Shown in pieces: positions 36,529 to 47,925 of a DNA stretch of 62,714 bases. Positions within the stretch are counted from its first letter, which is position 1, and every line of letters begins with the position of its first letter. The stretch is from the NCBI GenBank assembly GCA_019637175.1, contig JAHBWD010000010.1:1-62714 (forward strand), read 5' to 3'. A model generated the notes under the pieces. It had not been told where the DNA came from and ran no database searches. It worked only from the letters and a program-made list of their open reading frames with translations. The stretch comes from Labilithrix sp. (GTDB lineage: Bacteria > Myxococcota_A > Polyangia > Polyangiales > Polyangiaceae). A program made the translations under genes and the position numbers.

Positions 36529-37176
36529 ATGAGGGGGCCGTACCGAACGCCTGAGCCGCCGCTCGACGACGCGCTGCCGCCGCCCAAGGACGTCGGCGCG
36601 CGGCGATCGTCGCACCCTCGGATGGGCGCGCGCGGCGCCGTCGCGCTGCTCGCGGGCGCATCGGCCGTCGTGAACCTCCACGAGCACGGCTTCGTGATCA
36701 CCGGATGGTTCGCGAAGCCGGCGGAGATCCTCTTCGACGACGTCGACGCGGTGTACTTCGACTTCGAAGGCCTCGTGCCCAGGCCTCCGCAGATCGATCT
36801 CGTCACGTTCGACGGGCGGCACGCGATCCTCCCGCGCGATCTCCACGATCTCGATCGCGTCGTCGCCGCGCTCGAGCGCGAGGTCACGCGGCCCGTCGTC
36901 GCGCGCGCGAAGGAGGCCGCCGCGCGAGGCGAGCCCTTGCGGTTCGGTCCGCTCGGCGTCGAGCGCGAAGGCATCGTCCTGCACGGCAAGCCGCTCGCGT
37001 GGAAGGATCTGCGGCGCGTGCACGCCGAGCGCGACGCGTTCGTCTTCCACGCCTTCGGACACGACGGTCGGTTCGGCGGAGTGCGCCTCGCGCTCGTCCC
37101 GCACCCGCGCGCGCTGCTCGCCGTGCTGCGGATGCACACGAAGGTAGTGATGAAAGGCCTCGAGCTGCCGGGCTGA
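36529..37176 (+). CDS. hypothetical protein embedded in the moa cluster
   Basis: 215-aa protein-like ORF. Antisense ORF 36513..37184 is Ser/Arg/Thr-rich junk. No family recognised. Confidence 0.45.
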   Translation: MRGPYRTPEPPLDDALPPPKDVGARRSSHPRMGARGAVALLAGASAVVNLHEHGFVITGWFAKPAEILFDDVDAVYFDFEGLVPRPPQIDLVTFDGRHAILPRDLHDLDRVVAALEREVTRPVVARAKEAAARGEPLRFGPLGVEREGIVLHGKPLAWKDLRRVHAERDAFVFHAFGHDGRFGGVRLALVPHPRALLAVLRMHTKVVMKGLELPG

Positions 37177-37180
37177 GCGT

Positions 37181-37429
37181 TCACCCGCCGGCGACCGGCG
37201 GGATGAGCGCGATCACGTCGCCGTCGGCGAGGCGATCGTCGCCGCGCGCGAGCTCTTCGTTGCGCGCGAATCGCACGCTCCTCAGCCGCCCCTCGAGCGA
37301 CGCATGTATTCTACACAAATAGATCGCGAGCGCGTCGATCGTGTCGACGTCCGCCGGCAGCTCGAGTCGCTCTTCGGCCTTGCCGACGAGGTCGCGAACG
37401 GCGGCGAAGTACAGGACCTGAACGTTCAC
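37181..37429 (-). CDS. moaD: molybdopterin synthase sulfur-carrier subunit MoaD (ThiS/MoaD fold, C-terminal GG)
   Basis: 82 aa, MNVQVLYFAA...GDVIALIPPVAGG with terminal Gly-Gly. Confidence 0.85.
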   Translation of the reverse strand: MNVQVLYFAAVRDLVGKAEERLELPADVDTIDALAIYLCRIHASLEGRLRSVRFARNEELARGDDRLADGDVIALIPPVAGG

Positions 37430-37908
37430 TTCGCGTGCCCCGTTCGGCCGTGGAGCAGATCGACAGCGTGCCCGAGGATCGGCGCGATGAGTCGCCGCGC
37501 GCCGAGGCGCACGGCCTTCTCGCTCCCGGGCAGCGAGAACACGATCCGCGCGCCGATCGTCCCCGCGGTGGCGCGCGAGAGGATCGCGCGCGGGCCGATC
37601 TCGTCCCAGGAGAGCCGCCGGAAGGCCTCGCCGAAGCCGTCGAGGCGCTTGTCGAAGATCGCCTCGAGCGCCTCGAACGTGCGATCGCGAGGCGCGATCC
37701 CCGTGCCGCCGGTGAGGACGATCGCGTCGGCCTCGTCGCTCGCCACGACGCCCTCGACGACGCCGACGATCGCGGTCGGCTCGTCAGGGACGATGACGTG
37801 CCGAACGAGGGCGAAGGCGGCGAGCTCCTCGGCGAGCGCGCGCCCGGACCCATCGTCCGCCGCGGTGCGCGTGTCGCTGACGGTCATGGTGACGACGCGA
37901 ATCGACAT
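37426..37908 (-). CDS. moaB: molybdenum cofactor biosynthesis protein MoaB/MogA family
   Basis: VVTMTVSDTR...DAIVLTGGTGIAPRD..T.EA, MogA/MoaB signatures. 4-nt overlap with moaD. Confidence 0.8.
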   Translation of the reverse strand: MSIRVVTMTVSDTRTAADDGSGRALAEELAAFALVRHVIVPDEPTAIVGVVEGVVASDEADAIVLTGGTGIAPRDRTFEALEAIFDKRLDGFGEAFRRLSWDEIGPRAILSRATAGTIGARIVFSLPGSEKAVRLGARRLIAPILGHAVDLLHGRTGHAK

Positions 37909-37973
37909 GCGCGCATCCTAGCGAAACCGGGACACCTCACGCGAGGCGGAGCTTTCCGGTATGATCCCGCGCG

Positions 37974-38966
37974 ATGTACGCCCTTCGTGTCGTCCAGCCT
38001 CGTCCGGCGCCGGCGGCTCCTCCCCGCTCGGTGCGGCTGTCGCTCACCGATCGGTGCGATCTCGCGTGCATCTACTGCCGGCCCTCGCGCGACACCTACC
38101 TCGACGAGCGCCTCGATCTCGACGCGTGGCGGACGATGGTCCACGGCCTCGTCGGCGCCGGCGTCCGCCGGGTGCGCCTGACGGGCGGAGAGCCGCTCCT
38201 GCATCGCGACGTCGTCGACGTCGTGCGCTTCCTCGGCTCGCTCGACCTCGACGACGTCGCCCTCACGACGAACGCCACGCGCCTCGAGAAGCTCGCGCGC
38301 CCGTTGCGCGAGGCCGGCCTCCGGCGCGTCAACGTCTCCCTCGACACGCTCGATCCCGCGCGCTTCGCGCGGATGACGCGCGGCGGCCGCCTCGACGTCG
38401 TCCTCCGGGGCGTCGACGCCGCGCGCGAGGCCGGCTTCGACGAGATCAAGCTCAACGCCGTGGTCGTCCGAGGCGAGAACGACGGCGAGATCGAGCAGCT
38501 CGTGCGCTGGTCGTGGGAGCGCGGCATCGTCCCTCGCCTCCTCGAGGTGATGCAGATCGGCGAGGGCGCGAAGCTGAGAGACCGCGTCGTCACCGCCGCC
38601 GAGATGCGCGCGCGCCTCGCGCACTTGCTGCGCGCGGGCGAGGCCGAGCGCGAGATCGATCGCGGTCCGGCGCGATACGTCTTCGCGCGCCACGATCCCG
38701 ACAAGAAGGTCGGCTTCATCACCGGAACGAGCGACACCTACTGCAAAGGCTGCGATCGCCTCCGCGTGGCGAGCGACGGGACGCTGCGACCGTGCCTCGC
38801 CAAGAACGACGGCCTCTCGGCGTCGGCGCCAGCGCGCGCGGGCGACGCCGGCGCCGTCTCGCGCGCCGTCGCCGAGGCGTGGACGATGAAGCCCGACGGC
38901 GACGTCTTCAAGGGGTGCACAGAGCCGAGCGCCGCCGCGGTCTCGATGCGCGGCATCGGCGGCTGA
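37974..38966 (+). CDS. moaA: GTP 3',8-cyclase MoaA (radical SAM)
   Basis: RLSLTDRCDLACIYCRP (CxxxCxxC radical-SAM cluster), TGGEPLL. C-terminal CxxCxRLRxxxDGxLxxCL auxiliary-cluster motif, terminal GG. Confidence 0.9.
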   Translation: MYALRVVQPRPAPAAPPRSVRLSLTDRCDLACIYCRPSRDTYLDERLDLDAWRTMVHGLVGAGVRRVRLTGGEPLLHRDVVDVVRFLGSLDLDDVALTTNATRLEKLARPLREAGLRRVNVSLDTLDPARFARMTRGGRLDVVLRGVDAAREAGFDEIKLNAVVVRGENDGEIEQLVRWSWERGIVPRLLEVMQIGEGAKLRDRVVTAAEMRARLAHLLRAGEAEREIDRGPARYVFARHDPDKKVGFITGTSDTYCKGCDRLRVASDGTLRPCLAKNDGLSASAPARAGDAGAVSRAVAEAWTMKPDGDVFKGCTEPSAAAVSMRGIGG

Positions 38967-38972
38967 TCTCGA

Positions 38973-40178
38973 TCAGAGCGGCTCGACGGTGATCGTTCGA
39001 TCGGCGAGCGGCGCGGTCGTCGGGATCTCGCCGAACGCGATGAAGACGAGGCGCTTCGCCGCTGCGTCCCACCGCGCGACGCCGCGCGACGTGATCGGGG
39101 TGGCCGAGCTCGCGATCGTGGCGCCCGCCTGGGTGATCTTCCAGCTCGAGAACGGGAGGTCTCTGATCTCGAACGCGGGGTTGGCGCGAAGGCGCGACGC
39201 CGAGAGAGCGAGCGTGATCGATCCGCCGGTCGCCTCGACCTGATAGGCGCCGCGCGCGTAGTCGTAGCTGCCGATCCCGCCGGCGACGACGTCGAGCTCC
39301 GGATTGCGAACGTCGAGCGCGCGCTCGGCCGCCGCCGAAGGCGGCACGCCGACCTGGATCTCCGCGGAGAGACCGAGCGAGCCTCCCGCGGCGATGGTCC
39401 TGACCGAGCCGTCCCATCGGCGGGCGCCGCCTGCTCCCGCGAGGGTTCCGACGCCCGCGATGTTCACGAGGAGCGCGCTCGATCCCTCGGGCGACGTGAA
39501 GGTGACGGCGCGGCCGCCGGGGTGATCGCTCGACGACCACGCGAGGGCGCCGAGGTTCGTCGTGTGGAACTGCCAGCCCGCCGGCAGCGTATACGCGGCG
39601 CCGCCGGGGTTGGCGACCTCGACCTCGATCGCGACGCGGCCGGAGGCGTACACGGTGAAGCGGGTCCACACCTTCGCGTCGGCGGTCGACGGCAGGACGT
39701 GGTGCTCGTAGTTGCGGAACGAGACGCGAACCGGCGTCTCGTCGAGGAAGTCGACGTAGCCGCCCTCCGTTCCCGTGGCGTTCGAGATCTCGGCGCCCTC
39801 CATCGTCGTTCGAATCGCGTCGAACAAGAGCGGCGACCCGCCGAGGTTCACGGGCGTGGGCTTCGTCAGATCGCGCCAGACTTGGAAGGCGTGGTTGCGG
39901 TTCGAGGGGAACTCGAGCTCGAACGAGCCCTCGACGCGGCAGCGGAGCGAGCTCACCGTCTGGAAGAGGACGAGCGGCCCGCCGAACGCGGCCGGAGCGC
40001 TCGCGTCGCCGTCGGCGGCGGCGTCCGAGCCGCCGCCGTCGGCGGAGGATGGTCCGGGCGCGTCGGGCGCGGCGTCGACGCCCGACGGATCGTCGGCGCC
40101 GTCGGAGAGGCCGCTCGTCGAGACGAGCAGCGAGCACCCGGCAGTCGCGAGAGCGCAAGCGGCGACGAGGCGCTTCAT
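38973..40178 (-). CDS. secreted lipoprotein (hypothetical), Asp/Gly/Ala-rich linker then beta-rich domain
   Basis: ATG at 40178 after GAGGG. Lipobox LATAGC. No family recognised. Confidence 0.6.
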   Translation of the reverse strand: MKRLVAACALATAGCSLLVSTSGLSDGADDPSGVDAAPDAPGPSSADGGGSDAAADGDASAPAAFGGPLVLFQTVSSLRCRVEGSFELEFPSNRNHAFQVWRDLTKPTPVNLGGSPLLFDAIRTTMEGAEISNATGTEGGYVDFLDETPVRVSFRNYEHHVLPSTADAKVWTRFTVYASGRVAIEVEVANPGGAAYTLPAGWQFHTTNLGALAWSSSDHPGGRAVTFTSPEGSSALLVNIAGVGTLAGAGGARRWDGSVRTIAAGGSLGLSAEIQVGVPPSAAAERALDVRNPELDVVAGGIGSYDYARGAYQVEATGGSITLALSASRLRANPAFEIRDLPFSSWKITQAGATIASSATPITSRGVARWDAAAKRLVFIAFGEIPTTAPLADRTITVEPL

Positions 40179-40188
40179 CAACCCTCGA

Positions 40189-42060
40189 TCATACGGCATC
40201 GATCACGTCGAGGCCGACGATCTTCATCAAACGAAGCGCGTTCGAGCTCTGGACGATGCCTTGGCGCAGGCGGTAGTCAAACGTCATGACATCGCCCGCG
40301 ACCTGCTCCTCGAAGTGGATGTTGCGGACATGCTCCGGCATTTCGCCTTCGAGATCGCCCAGGCCCAGATCGTGCGTCGACACCGCGCCCATGGCGCCCT
40401 GGGCCAGGAGCTCGCGGAGGATGGCGCGCGCGCCGATGAGCCGCTCGCGGGTGTTCGTGCCGTGCAGGATCTCGTCGAGGAGGAAGAGCACCGTGCCGCG
40501 GGCCGCGTCGTCGTCCGCCTTGCCCTCTTTGCCCTTGCGCGCGAGATCCAAGACGAGCTTGAGCTTCTTGAGCTCGGCGTAGAAGCGGCTCGTTCCTTCG
40601 TCGAGCGAGTCGGAGACGCGCATGCTCGTCGCGACGATCAAGCGCCCGATCCGCATCGACTTCGCGCAGACGGGCGCCCCCGCGTTCGCGAGCACGGCGT
40701 TGACGCCGATCGCGCGGAGGAGCGTGCTCTTGCCCGACATGTTCGAGCCGGTGACGACGAGCGCGTGGCCCGGACCTGCGAGCTTCACGTCGTTGGCGAC
40801 GCGCTTGTCGCCCTCGATGAGGGGATGGCCGAGCGCCTCGGCCTCGAAGGTCGCTTCGGCGACGATCTCGGGGTAGGCGTGATCGGGGCGCTCGAAGGCG
40901 AAGCCGGCGATCGACGAGAGCGCCTCGAGCTCGGCGAGCGCCTTGAACCAGCCGAAGGCCGCGCGGCCCGCGCGCGCGCGCCACGCGTCGAGCGCGAGCG
41001 CGCACCAGAGATCCCACATCAGCATCGGCCCGATGAAGAAGCGAAAGACCTCGTTGTTGCGCGCGTCGAGGAAGCCCACGATGCGCGAGAGGGCGGCCAG
41101 CTCTCTCGTCGCCGTCGTCGAGGCGCCGCTCTCCTTCAGGCGCTTCTGCAACGCGACGAGCGCGTCGGCCTCGAGCTTCTCGTCTTCGAGCAGGGCGAGC
41201 ATGCCGGCGTAGCGCGAGAGCGCCGTCTCTTTCGACGACGCCGCGTCGAGGATCGGCGCGAGGCGAGGCCGGAGCCCCATCAAGATCATGATCGAGATCG
41301 AGAACGGCAGGAGGAACGCCGCGCGTGGAACGACGCCGAACGACGCGGCGACGGCCGTGCCGATCGTGACGATCGGCATCAGGAGCGCGACGAGGCGGAG
41401 CGCGCCCGGGAGCCTCTCGCCCTCCTTGCCGCCGCTCTGGCCGGCCCACATCACGAACGGTCGCGGGTCGGGCTTGTTCTCGTCGAGGAGGCTGCCGACG
41501 ACGGAGAGCTCCTCGCGGAGCTCGACGCGAGACGCGAGGTCGCGGACGGCGGCTTGCCTCGCGCGCACCGCGCCCGCGAAGTCGCCCGACGACGCGTCTT
41601 CACCCGAGAGCCAGCGCGCGAGGACCTCCTCGCCGAAGCGCGTCGAGGTCGCGTCGAGGAGCTGGAAGAGCGACGCCTTGCCGAACACGTCGAGGTCGCC
41701 CGCGTAGGGATGCGTCTCGACCGCGAACCGATCGCCGGTGGAGCCGAACGCGCGCCACTTGCCCGCCATGCGCGCGAGCGCGCGCTCGTGGAAGCGAGCG
41801 GCGGCGAGCTTGCGCTCCTTCTTGGCGTGAACGCGAGCGTGGATGACGACGAGGGCGCCGAAGGCGACGACGAGCCCGGCGAGCCCGATCCACGCGCCGG
41901 AGGGGAGCTCCGCGAACGCGATCGCGGCGACGAGCGCGACCGCGCCCAGGAAGACGACGAGGCGCGCCGTGGCGATCGCGTTCGCGCGCGCCTCGAGCGC
42001 GGCGACGGCTTCGTTCCTCGCGGCGAGCGCGGCCTGATGGATCTCTCGCGGGCCCTTCAC
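40189..42060 (-). CDS. MutS-domain-V ATPase (MutS2-like, no Smr visible) with N-terminal transmembrane region
   Basis: Walker A TGSNMSGKST. FLLDEILHGTNTRER and STHDL (MutS ABC-ATPase signatures). Two N-terminal hydrophobic helices. Confidence 0.8.
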   Translation of the reverse strand: MKGPREIHQAALAARNEAVAALEARANAIATARLVVFLGAVALVAAIAFAELPSGAWIGLAGLVVAFGALVVIHARVHAKKERKLAAARFHERALARMAGKWRAFGSTGDRFAVETHPYAGDLDVFGKASLFQLLDATSTRFGEEVLARWLSGEDASSGDFAGAVRARQAAVRDLASRVELREELSVVGSLLDENKPDPRPFVMWAGQSGGKEGERLPGALRLVALLMPIVTIGTAVAASFGVVPRAAFLLPFSISIMILMGLRPRLAPILDAASSKETALSRYAGMLALLEDEKLEADALVALQKRLKESGASTTATRELAALSRIVGFLDARNNEVFRFFIGPMLMWDLWCALALDAWRARAGRAAFGWFKALAELEALSSIAGFAFERPDHAYPEIVAEATFEAEALGHPLIEGDKRVANDVKLAGPGHALVVTGSNMSGKSTLLRAIGVNAVLANAGAPVCAKSMRIGRLIVATSMRVSDSLDEGTSRFYAELKKLKLVLDLARKGKEGKADDDAARGTVLFLLDEILHGTNTRERLIGARAILRELLAQGAMGAVSTHDLGLGDLEGEMPEHVRNIHFEEQVAGDVMTFDYRLRQGIVQSSNALRLMKIVGLDVIDAV

Positions 42061-42090
42061 CTTCCGTCTGCATCTACCACGGAGCCGCCC

Positions 42091-42423
42091 TCAAGCGGCG
42101 CGGCGTGCGCGCCGAGAGAGAGGAATGACGCGACCGGCGCGCGGCACGCATCGCGCGGTGCGCGCGGTGCGCTTCGGCTGCTTCGACGCGAGCGCGACGG
42201 CGAGGCCGGCGAGCGAGAGGCGCACGCTCTCGCCCGAGCGCTGCACGAGCTCGGCGCGCGCGAGCGAGCCGAGGGCGCGCCGGATGTCGACCGGGTCGGC
42301 CCCGACGCGGTGGACGAGATCCGCGAGGGTGGGCGCCGAGCGGCGGCGAGAGAGGAGGAGAAGGACGCGGAGGACGGCGATCTCGGTGCTCATGGAGGGG
42401 ATGATACGTTCAGCACTGAACAC
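42091..42423 (-). CDS. small winged-helix-like DNA-binding protein (tentative)
   Basis: About 100 aa upstream of the MutS-like gene on the same strand. ...LADLVHRVGADPVDIRRALGSLARAELV... resembles a wHTH recognition region. Start may be the ATG at 42393. Confidence 0.35.
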   Translation of the reverse strand: MFSAERIIPSMSTEIAVLRVLLLLSRRRSAPTLADLVHRVGADPVDIRRALGSLARAELVQRSGESVRLSLAGLAVALASKQPKRTARTARCVPRAGRVIPLSRRARRAA

Positions 42424-42492
42424 CCGTCCAACTATCGACGACGATTTTTCGTACCTCCTCGGGATCGTTCGTTGATCTGATGTTCAGGTGTT

Positions 42493-43245
42493 TCAGGTCC
42501 GCGGCGTGAAGACGTCGAACCGCGCGCGCTTGCCCGCGGTGGCCGCGATCGTCGCGTCGAAGAGGCGAAGGATCCGCGCCGGATCGCTCGAGTCGCACGT
42601 GCGCGAGCGCGTGCAGTAGTCGGCCTGGCCGAGGTGGGGATCGCCCTCGAAGTAGATCTGCGTCGTGAGCAGCGAGCCTCCGCGGGGCGTCAGCACCTTC
42701 GCGTGGATGTGGGCGGGGCGAATGCCCGCCGCGTCGCCGTATCGACCGGGCAGGATGGTCTCGAAGCGATAGCGGCCGAGCCGATCGGTCACGACCTTGC
42801 CGCGGAGGCGATAGCCGCTGGCGCGACCGTCGAAGTAGTCGCCCGACGCGTCGGCCTGCCAGAGATCGAGGGCGTATCCCTCGAGCGGCGTGCGGCAGTC
42901 GGGCCCGAAGAGGCGGCCCTCGACGAGGAGGCGGACGCCGGGCTCGTCGAGCCCCGCGATTCGAAGACTGCGCACGGGCGAGCCGGAGGCGAAGTACGGG
43001 CCCTCGGCGTCACGCGTCGTGTGCCGGCAGACACGCGCCTCCTGCTCGTACGCCTCGGCCTCCTCCGTGGGGGCCGCCGAACCTTGCGCCGGATCCGCCG
43101 GAAGGGGCTCCTCGTCGTGGTGCTCGTGGTGGGCCTCCGCGGCGCACCCCGCCGTGACGAGAGGGACGGCGGTCAGCCAGGCGAGGAAGTCTCGGCGTGA
43201 ACGGGAAAACGAGGAAGCAGCTTCGGAACGCATGACGCGCACCAT
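42493..43245 (-). CDS. intradiol ring-cleavage dioxygenase family protein with TAT signal and lipobox
   Basis: SRRDFLAWLTAVPLVTAGC (twin-arginine then lipobox). YRFETILPGRY...RPAHIH (intradiol dioxygenase His/Tyr iron ligands). The ORF track extends to 44448 in a frame that overlaps the peptidase gene. I used ATG 43245 or 43233 as the start. Confidence 0.7.
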   Translation of the reverse strand: MVRVMRSEAASSFSRSRRDFLAWLTAVPLVTAGCAAEAHHEHHDEEPLPADPAQGSAAPTEEAEAYEQEARVCRHTTRDAEGPYFASGSPVRSLRIAGLDEPGVRLLVEGRLFGPDCRTPLEGYALDLWQADASGDYFDGRASGYRLRGKVVTDRLGRYRFETILPGRYGDAAGIRPAHIHAKVLTPRGGSLLTTQIYFEGDPHLGQADYCTRSRTCDSSDPARILRLFDATIAATAGKRARFDVFTPRT

Positions 43246-43316
43246 GGCGCGCGATCGCCGTACCGTGAATCGGTATGATCGAAACGCTGTCGTAAACGCC
43301 CGCCTGACAATCGCCT

Positions 43317-45530
<2,214 letters not shown>

Positions 45531-45571
45531 CGGGGGCAGAGTGTACTCCGGCGTGTTAGTTTCCGCTTCGG

Positions 45572-46375
45572 ATGCGACCGATGGTGCTGCTCTCGAACGA
45601 CGACGGCCACGCCAGCCGTGGGATCCGCACGCTGCGGGAAGCGCTCGCCGCGTTCGCCGACGTCGTCATCGTCGCGCCCGAGACCGAGCAGAGCGCGACG
45701 AGCCACTCGCTCAGCTTGCACCGTCCGCTGCGTACGCGCGAGGTCGAGCCTGGGATCATCGCGATCGACGGGACACCCGCCGACTGCGTCTACGTGGCGC
45801 TCCACTCGGAGCGGCGCTTCTTGCCGCGCTGGCCCGATCTGGTCGTCTCGGGGATCAACCGCGGGCTCAACCTCGGCCAAGACGCGTTCTACTCCGGCAC
45901 GGTCGCGGCCGCGCGCGAAGGCGCCCTCCGAGGCGTCCCCGCGATCGCGTCGAGCGCAGACGTGCGCGCCGATCTCTCGCGCGTGGCGGAGCTCACGACG
46001 AAGATCGCGAAGAAGCTCTACGCGATCACCTGCGGCAACCTCGGCCCCGTGCTCCGGAGCGGCCCGTCGCTCGCGCGCAAGACGCCGCTCTTGAACCTCA
46101 ACGTGCCGCTCGGATGGACCGGCGAGGTGCGCCGCACGCGCCTCGGCGCGAGGCTCTACGAGGAGATCATCGAGTTCAGGACCGATCCTCGCGGCCGCGA
46201 GTACCTCTGGCTCGGCGGCCCCGGCGTTCGCCATGAGCGCGACCCCGGCAGCGACACCGACGCGTACGACGACGACGCCGCCTCGATCACGCCGCTCGTG
46301 CTCGACATGACGAGCGCCGACGACGAAGGCGTCACCGACAAAGTGCTCGCCGCCCTCGCGTCGAACGCGAAGTGA
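45572..46375 (+). CDS. surE: 5'/3'-nucleotidase SurE
   Basis: MRPMVLLSNDDGHASRGIRTL...SGINRGLNLG, SurE signatures. Confidence 0.9.
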   Translation: MRPMVLLSNDDGHASRGIRTLREALAAFADVVIVAPETEQSATSHSLSLHRPLRTREVEPGIIAIDGTPADCVYVALHSERRFLPRWPDLVVSGINRGLNLGQDAFYSGTVAAAREGALRGVPAIASSADVRADLSRVAELTTKIAKKLYAITCGNLGPVLRSGPSLARKTPLLNLNVPLGWTGEVRRTRLGARLYEEIIEFRTDPRGREYLWLGGPGVRHERDPGSDTDAYDDDAASITPLVLDMTSADDEGVTDKVLAALASNAK

Positions 46376-46431
46376 CGCGCCGCCGGCGGCGGCTCGCCTT
46401 CCGCCGCCCGATCGGCTAGTCAGCGTTCACC

Positions 46432-46965
46432 ATGCTTTCGGCCGAGACGCTCGCCTACGCGAAGAGCAAGATCCGCGACATCCCCGACTTTCCGACGCCG
46501 GGGATCCTCTTCAAGGACATCACCCCGCTCCTCGCCGATCCGCGCGCGTTCCACATCGTGCTCGACTCCATCGCCGAGCGGTTCATCGGCGAGCACGTCG
46601 ACGCGATCGTCGGCGTCGAGGCCCGGGGCTTCATCTTCGGCGGCGCGCTCGCCGCGCGCCTCAACGCGAGCTTCGTCCCCGCGCGCAAGCCGGGCAAGCT
46701 CCCCGCGAAGAGCGATCGCGTCTCGTACAAGACCGAGTACAGCGAGGCGACGCTCGAGATGCACGAGCAGTCGATCCGTCGGGGATCGCGCGTGCTCGTC
46801 GTCGACGACGTCCTCGCGACGGGCGGCACGGCGAAGGCCTCGGCCGATCTCGTCGCCACGCAGGGCGGCGAGGTCGTGGCCTACACCTTCGTGATCGAGC
46901 TCTCGTTCTTGAAGGGCCGCGCCGTCTTGGCGCCGGGCCGCGTCGAGAGCGTCATCACGTACTGA
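46432..46965 (+). CDS. apt: adenine phosphoribosyltransferase
   Basis: IRDIPDFPTPGILFKDITPLL...VLVVDDVLATGGTA (PRPP-binding motif). Confidence 0.9.
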   Translation: MLSAETLAYAKSKIRDIPDFPTPGILFKDITPLLADPRAFHIVLDSIAERFIGEHVDAIVGVEARGFIFGGALAARLNASFVPARKPGKLPAKSDRVSYKTEYSEATLEMHEQSIRRGSRVLVVDDVLATGGTAKASADLVATQGGEVVAYTFVIELSFLKGRAVLAPGRVESVITY

Positions 46966-46995
46966 GGGGCCCGTCCAGGCGCGCTTCCAGGGCGC

Positions 46996-47142
46996 TCAGC
47001 GCGATCGCTGGAGGCGGTGATACGCGTTCTTCGGGCACATGACCGTGGCCGCCGCCGGGAAGCCCACGACCGTCACAATCCCGAAGAGAATCGCAGCAGT
47101 ACCCGTTCCACCCAGCATCGCGAAGAGGTTGTCGAGGAGCAT
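46996..47142 (-). CDS. small hydrophobic peptide (48 aa), candidate membrane micro-protein
   Basis: Not in the ORF track, which has a length cutoff. ATG with GGAGG 7 nt upstream. MLLDNLFAMLGGTGTAAILFGIVTVVGFPAAATVMCPKNAYHRLQRSR. Downstream of the TetR gene on the same strand. Confidence 0.35.
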   Translation of the reverse strand: MLLDNLFAMLGGTGTAAILFGIVTVVGFPAAATVMCPKNAYHRLQRSR

Positions 47143-47174
47143 TCAGGACCTCCGAAGAACGGGCAAAACTTACC

Positions 47175-47215
47175 GCCCGGCCAGTATGTTTTGGCCAGGT
47201 GGCCAGTTTGTCAAG
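47175..47215. promoter_or_regulatory. cluster of three (T)GGCCAG motifs (each containing palindromic GGCC) in the TetR-to-small-ORF intergenic region; candidate operator
   Basis: cggccagtatgttttggccaggtggccagtttgtc. Lies between TetR (stop 47265) and the small ORF start (47142). Confidence 0.35.
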
Positions 47216-47264
47216 GCTCCGATGTCGATTCTCGTCTCGGCGTTTCGCGCCGATCCCCCGATCG

Positions 47265-47885
47265 TCAGAGCTCGAAGAGAGCGAGCGAGGTGGCCTCGAG
47301 GGCGCGCAGCAGCTCCTCTTCCTCCTCCGGCGGGATCGGATCGACCGAGTGCTGGAGCGAGAGCCCGTCGAGCGTCGCCAGGATCAGCCGCGGCGCCACG
47401 GTGAGCGAGACGCGCGGGCGCAGGCCCATCTTGATGAGATGATTGAGCCCGATCTCGATGATCTGCTCGCGCGCCTTGCGGAGCGCGTCGCCGAGGGCCT
47501 TCTTGATCGCCTCGTTCTGCCGCGAGAGCGCGTGCAGCTCGGTGAGCACGCGCATCTCCGCGATGCCGTCGCGGCGCACGATCCACATCTCGAGGATCGC
47601 GCGGCGGATGCGATCCATCGGCGTGCCCTCGGCGTCGAACACCTCGACCACGCGCGCCTCGATGACCTCGCAGCAGCGATCGAGCACGCGCTGGAGCAGC
47701 TCGTCTTTGCTCTCGAAGTGGTAGTGGACGGCGCCCTTGCTCATCCCCGCCGCGTCGGCGATGTCTTGGATGCTCGTCGCGCCGAGGCCGCGCGCGGCCA
47801 GCGTCTTGATCGCCGCGTCCAGCACCTGGGCGCGGCTCTCGTCGCTCTTCTTGTAGCGGGAGGTCCGAAGGCGCACGTCACTCAC
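47265..47885 (-). CDS. TetR-family transcriptional regulator
   Basis: SRAQVLDAAIKTLAARGLGATSIQDIADAAGMSKGAVHYHFESKDELL, a TetR HTH. GTG start. Confidence 0.85.
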   Translation of the reverse strand: MSDVRLRTSRYKKSDESRAQVLDAAIKTLAARGLGATSIQDIADAAGMSKGAVHYHFESKDELLQRVLDRCCEVIEARVVEVFDAEGTPMDRIRRAILEMWIVRRDGIAEMRVLTELHALSRQNEAIKKALGDALRKAREQIIEIGLNHLIKMGLRPRVSLTVAPRLILATLDGLSLQHSVDPIPPEEEEELLRALEATSLALFEL

Positions 47886-47925
47886 TGGCCACTGGGTCGA
47901 AATCTAGCGCCGCGGGGCGCGGCCC

